A stretch of 64,000 nucleotides of DNA from Adineta vaga. Taxonomy: Eukaryota; Animalia; Rotifera. The position numbers were made by a program, and so were the translations under genes. Positions 57,428 through 64,000 of this stretch are shown here, piece after piece. The notes beneath the pieces are model-generated. The model had not been told where the DNA came from and did not search any database. It was given only the letters and a program-made list of their open reading frames with translations. The stretch covers positions 9,114,001-9,178,000 of the forward strand of contig CP075495.1 in NCBI GenBank assembly GCA_021613535.1. The letters are read 5' to 3'. The number at the start of each line of letters is the position of its first letter. The stretch's first letter is position 1.

Positions 57428-60400
57428 TTTAATATAATGTCACTGGATCATGTCTTTCGGATATAACTAGGTTGGTATGTGAACCTGAAAGAAAAAAATA
57501 TAGAAGATATGATACATAATTTATAGATGTAGAAGAAAAGGAAATCCTAGAAAATAAAAAAAACATTCATGAACATCATCAATGAGTTGATGAGTGGTAG
57601 GTTCCTAGTTGCCTTAATGTAGCACCTTCTTTCCAGTTTTTTTTCTTTTTCAATAATAAATTGTATTCTTTTATCTGACTCTTATGCGGATGTTCCCACA
57701 GGTTGAAGCCAGGGTTAGATATTTAGAGATAAAGTAAGAGCACGTTATACAAGCCAGAAATGAAGAGCGAAAAGAAAATTTTGAGATGTAGAAGAAAGTA
57801 AAATGATAGAAAGAGTCAAGCGTATGATAAATATATAATCAGCAACATAAATCTCATCTTAAAGAGAAAGAGAGAAATATAATAAGATATATGTCTTTGA
57901 CAAGAATATTTTTCTTTCTTTTTTCATCAACACACGTATTCAATGTCCTGTAATCTAAAGCTATGAACTACTTTTATATATCACCAAAATTCTCTTTACT
58001 TATTCATCAAGATAAACTAATTCATGACTAGTGAATGTATTAACGGAGAGAGAGAGAGGAGGAGAAAGAAGAAGAAGAAAACAGCGTCTACCTTCCGTTG
58101 TCAATAAGATAAAATATGTTTTAAAACGTAATAGAACAATCTAAATCTTTGAAATCTTACTTTGTCTATTTTTCTATTGCATGATCGAATGATAGATGAA
58201 ACATTTTTGACATAAAGATGATGCATGTCTATATTTATTGAAGACAAAACAAACTTGAACTAGTAGATGTACGTTATATGTGGAGGAGTAAATGCTGATT
58301 TATTCTTAGTAAAAAACATAAAATATTGTTGTCTTCGGAGAACAAAAATGATCTATAGAATTTCTGTATTATCGCCTTAAATGCTTGAAATAAGCATTCA
58401 TATGGGAGAATTTTGTTTTGTAGAATTTATAAATTGATAAGGAATCATATTAAAAGAAGGAATTGTCTGTCCTTCAAAGCTCATACTGCTTTCTCACATG
58501 CATAATCTAGACAAAGTTTTGTTTTAGAAGACTACATCATTCTATCAAGAATTTCTATGCGTTAATTCAAGTGAATTCGATGGGATAAAATAAATCTTTG
58601 ATAAATTTTATATTCTACGAATAAATTCTTGTATTTTCTTGCATGATATTATGATTCGACAGTATTATAGCATAATGATAGGTGACTTCATTTTTTGAGA
58701 TAGTTTTACAAAAGTTATAGTTGATGTAATAGAATATTTTCTCTTTTCTCCCTTTCTCCCTCTCTCTCTCATTTAAAACGAAGAATCAGTAAATAATTTT
58801 CATGGCATGAAAAATAACATCTATGTTTTACAGACAGATATAAATTGCGAAAAATTTTTATGCGACATAGTTCTAAACTATTTTTGACCTTATTGACAGT
58901 TGTTTACTGTGTTGGCATGTACTACAAATGGGAATCATGATTTTGTATTAAAGAAAGAATATGAAGGCTCACAAAATCAGCTGGAGATATAGTTTTATTA
59001 GATTCATTTGCTTCGTGCAATGTTATATAAATGGTATTCCAACAGTGAGTGACTGTTTTCTATGCTTATCACGAGTGAATATATTTAGCAATTCTCTTTT
59101 AAAATAGCAGGAACTCTCAGATATAATGTAAGCTCTTTTGATTAATTTCCTGCATTATGTTACTCACTGAATTATCTTTGTCTACTATATCAGGTGATAA
59201 TTAAGAAGGAAGAAGAGATCTCTATGATGCTTTTATTTGAGAAAATATACTCAGATTTTCATGTTCTATTACGACATAAAATAGTAAAATATTTAAAATA
59301 AGAGGACTTTTGAACACATCAAAAATCTATATCAAAACTCGAACAAATCCATTGCAATGATACTATAAAATGCTTCTTCTTACGAACAAAGTTAAATACT
59401 CAGTCATGTGTAATCCAGTGGCAATATTATATTTTTACATGTTTCCTGTATGAAAGTATAGGAACAAATGAGTTCAGATATATAAAAGTGCATATGTTGA
59501 AATCAAAAATCATATCTAAATGTTCTGATTATTAATTATTCAAACAAACCATTATTCGATAAAATAATATATTGATCTAAGGTGAACTATTTGAATACGA
59601 TTTCTTTTACGGTTATTTTAATAACAGTTGTCACATCAAATCTGTTTCATTTACACATATTAAAGTTCTATGAGTATAAAGTGTCATAGATTCGAGATAT
59701 TATAGGCACAAACGAAGACAATTATTTCTGTGTAAAACATTTTATTTCAATATCTAATTCAGAAATAATCATTGTGAATGAATAATACGTCATTCTACAT
59801 GAACTCAATGATGTTTATTTAAAAACTGAAAGATTGCTTGTATAATCTTTCGTACTTTTAGTTCAGATTTGATAATCGATATGAATTAGTGATCATGTAT
59901 AGAAATATAAAAATTAGCACTCAGTTATAATGTCTTCTTTTTATTTCTGAAAATTACCTATTAATATCATTTTTTTTTGGCAGATAGAGTTTGTCAAAAT
60001 GAATTAAGCAAGAAACTCTGTTTACCATTAATGTCTCTTCCAGTTGATTTATCTTATATTTTGAAATAACAGAACTTCACAATGTAATATGATAAAAATA
60101 GAGTTCTAAAATAGTAATATTTTAAGAGTGGAGACAACAAAGTTTATAGATTAACATAGTTCACTTTTGTTTCAACACGTTTATCAAAGTAAAGTCAAAA
60201 TGTCACTAAAATTAATGTCAACTAAAAAATGTCCTTAATTCAAGAGAATTACGCTTGAAGAATTTGTTCGAATCTTACATGAGTTTTTTATAAACATATG
60301 TGACAGTGCTGTAAAGGACCATATTGTATACTCTTCATTGTCTTTGTTCAATTGGATTCTGAAATAAAATACATGTCGCATCTGTTCGGTGCTTTCAGGT

Positions 60401-60827
60401 AATCATTTCATTCGGATAATTGATTGAGAACGAACATACGGGATCTTTTTTCCTTTGAACTATTTTCGTAATCCACATGCAATATAGACGTTTCGTCATG
60501 TTCTCTTTTATAAATTCATGAACAAGTCATTGTACAATGTTTTCCCGACAATGACATGCATAACGTGAATCAACACTTCTAACAGTAATCTGAACACTTT
60601 CAATCATTTTTAGAACGGCTTTCAGAGTAGAAAAAAACAAACATTGATAGTTCTATTTTCGTTGTTTCTTTCCGTATCGAGCTGCTAACTTTGAAAAGAT
60701 AAATCTACCATTGGCGCGAAATGATCCGTTCCTTGATTACTATATTTTTATTTTATCATAATAGAAAAAAGAAGAATTATTCGTTTGAAGCAATTCGAAA
60801 GTATTATTTCATGCGGTCTTTGTTTCT

Positions 60828-61247
60828 ATGGGAGCATGCGCCACTTATCTTAGACATAATAAACATCAAGAATCTCTACCTGCAAGCAAAACTGTTGAAT
60901 TCAATGATCTTCTCAATGATAAGCAAAATTCTTCTCATGTATATCAAACTGTAGCACGAATCATTCAAACAAAAAACGAGGACACTGCATGTCAAAAGCG
61001 AGAAGAGCTTCATACAGTTGCTTCATATAATAAAGATAGACAAAAGAAGCAGATCGGATCAAAAGAGCTTCAGATGAATGAGAGAATTTTGAACTGGATT
61101 AATGGAATCGATCTAGACTATCCATTAAGTCCACCAGAATCTATGCTCTCAGTTAATGTTAATACATTACATTACCGAGAGCAAGAATCGCCACGACGTA
61201 AAACAAATAACGAAGAAATAATTGAACAAAAATATCAAAATGAATGA
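60828..61247 (+). CDS. hypothetical 139-aa protein with an MGAC N-terminus (possible myristoylation/palmitoylation); may be the 5' part of the decayed gene downstream
   Basis: ATG ORF with coding-like composition and an MGxC start. Confidence 0.45.
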   Translation: MGACATYLRHNKHQESLPASKTVEFNDLLNDKQNSSHVYQTVARIIQTKNEDTACQKREELHTVASYNKDRQKKQIGSKELQMNERILNWINGIDLDYPLSPPESMLSVNVNTLHYREQESPRRKTNNEEIIEQKYQNE

Positions 61248-61525
61248 CAATAATTTAGCAACGATCTCATCGAAAGACTATCTCGAAATACTGACAAAAA
61301 CTTCGATCTATTGATAATATCATCTATAGCTTTATATCTATCGAGTCATGCATCAATTTTCTTCCTCAAATTAGTGATCAGAAGATTTTCTTAATTGAAT
61401 CCAGTGATATGAGTCAAACTGCAGCACCATTATGAGAAAAAAATTACGAAAGAATCAATAAAGGAATGATCTAAAATTAGAGAACTACATCTTTTTATGA
61501 TACTCCGAAAGAGGATATTACATGT

Positions 61526-61770
61526 CTTACCGTCTACCATGGACAAGGATTAGCGGAAATTGAATTTCATAATTCAACGCCATTCAAAGATGGATTATAA
61601 GAACCGATGGTATCAGCGCTATTACCATAATGAAGGCGAAATTCTTTTCTCTATGCACACAATCCTTCGTATTGATGATATCGAAAAAATAGTCTTTCAT
61701 CAACCCATTCAGATGTGGCTATATCTTACACTAAGATTGGTAAGCTTCACGATAAGATGACAGATTACTC
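61526..61770 (+). pseudogene. remnant of an NAD:arginine ADP-ribosyltransferase (ART)-domain gene
   Basis: LTVYHGQGLAEIEF (from 61526) and, in another frame, YYHNEGEILFSMHTILRIDDIEKI..MW resemble the TVYRGQ and ExEILF motifs of R-S-E-type ART domains. Stops, frameshifts and loss of the central STS segment. Confidence 0.6.
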
Positions 61771-62067
61771 CAAAGCAATGTTATTTTCAATCAGTCAATG
61801 CTTGCTGATTATCCTGGCTTGAAAGTTATTCGAAAACACATTGAATATTGAAAATGAATAGACAGATTACACGATTCGTAAACGTTATTAACACAATAGA
61901 AATCTATGTGATGTGTCTTTTCAGTAATGAAGGAAAAGAAAAAATTGTCAATTTCAACACGATCGATTTTCTTTTATCTTTTAACAAAACAGAAGCAAAA
62001 TATAAGAAAAAAATCAATCACAGAACTTCTGAAACGAAGTATTTATACACATGAAATGTATTTTGTT

Positions 62068-62908
<841 letters not shown>

Positions 62909-64000
62909 TTAAAAAGTAAGATTTAACATTGTTTTCATTTCTCTTAACATTAAATACTGAATTAATGAATTGGGTAAATCATTTTTAAGTGCAATTATAG
63001 ATTTACTCAATGGACATGGAAGCATTTTTCGTATGCTAATCGTGCGATATCTTTTAATTGTCTTGGTTTTATTAAATAATATTCCATTTCATTCATAAAT
63101 TTTTCATAGTCAACAATTGCATCCATAAGACTCGTTTCATTTGTTGATTGTTCATGTTGATATTTTCGATTGATATAAGGAAATGCACATTGTAGTGGAC
63201 GACATGGTGCACCAGCATACAGAGCCATACGTGCATGATCATACAAAGCATAATGAACAGCTCGTGTCAAATAAGTATTACCAAAATTATTTTTCCAATC
63301 AAGTCGAGTACCTTCAATAATAAGTTCATGAGCTAAAATTTCAGTACATATCTCAATACGATTCTCCTAAATCAATCATTCAAAAACATACCAAGTGTTA
63401 AATTTCCACCATGATGCAATGTACACAATAATGGTGTTTCAAAACAATCATCTCGATGATTAATATTACAACCAAGTTGAATAACTTGACGAATTAATTG
63501 TAAAAGATTTTCTGTTGGATGTTCAACTGTTCGATCACAAATTAAATGAAGTAAATTTTTCCGATGTGTTGCTGTGATCACATTTACAAATGCACCTAAA
63601 AAATGATTTATTTCGAATTTTAACGTTTTATTTTTCATTCTATTACCATGATTTAATAAACATTGTAGAAAATCAAATTCACCATCGATCACTGTTAAAT
63701 GGATGAGACGCATATGATGAATATTATAAACATTCGGTGATGCACCGGATTGTAGAAGATATTGAAAAATTTGTTTTCTAGTCTAATTGAATATTGAAGA
63801 AAAAAAAGAAAAACAAATCGATAAGTATTTTGTTCGTCGACACATACCATGTGCGTACTTCAAATAAAAAAAGATTATCCTCCTTATTTTTACAAATCTG
63901 ATATGCTTCAAGTAATGGAATGATTGTATATGAACGAACAGAACAATTAACATCACAACCAAGTTCTACAAGTGTTCGAATAAATGCAAGATCACTACGA
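62909..64000 (-). CDS. ankyrin repeat and SOCS-box protein (ASB-like), 3' part; frame break in the SOCS box
   Basis: Ankyrin repeats (LVELGCDVN, LLQSGASPN, LLNHGAFVN, IQLGCNINHRDDCFETPL). SOCS box PRQLKDIARLA-IRKMLPCPLSKSIIALKNDLPNSLIQYLMLREM across a -1 shift at ~63034. Confidence 0.8.

Noticed and set aside
57500-60700. Long gene-free stretch searched for transposon, horizontally transferred gene or RNA gene (also 26300-28300)
   Set aside because: No terminal repeats, transposase/RT motifs, long ORFs or tRNA/rRNA-like structure seen; probably regulatory DNA.
63333-63391. Apparent second frameshift / 25-nt intron in the ankyrin gene
   Set aside because: A normal 59-nt intron using the TTTTAG acceptor at 63333-63334 restores the frame (GGNLTLAHELIIEG).

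Overview
AT-rich eukaryotic genomic DNA, compact and gene-dense, with mostly 45-70 nt GT-AG introns. It is most likely a bdelloid rotifer; this is inferred from intron size, composition, the REJ/polycystin style and an ART-domain remnant of a bdelloid-expanded type. I reconstructed the spliced genes by hand: an LRRC74-like LRR protein, VGLL4/Tgi with three Tondu motifs, SRPK with two alternative N-termini, CDC16/APC6, GTF3C6, RBM24/38, PAN3, Jupiter/HN1, a 14-kb polycystin-1-like gene (WSC-PKD-REJ-GPS-PLAT-11TM), TMEM41B, an atypical soluble guanylyl cyclase, METTL1, a partial ankyrin-SOCS-box gene and several orphan genes. I saw no prokaryotic features, RNA genes, CRISPR arrays or intact transposons. 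Highlights: (1) METTL1 starts only about 55 nt after the upstream gene's likely stop, with AATAAA followed by an unpaired splice acceptor, an operon-like/SL trans-splicing layout. (2) RBM24 has a candidate poison exon, and PAN3, Jupiter and RBM24 have frame-preserving microexons with RBFOX/UGC/UGUGUG motifs. (3) The sGC combines an O2-sensor-type H-NOX, an alpha-like half catalytic site and a CaaX tail. (4) Several single-base frameshifts fall inside otherwise intact conserved domains; assembly error is the leading explanation. (5) There is a decayed ADP-ribosyltransferase gene. All exon boundaries are manual readings, unsupported by transcript data or database searches.
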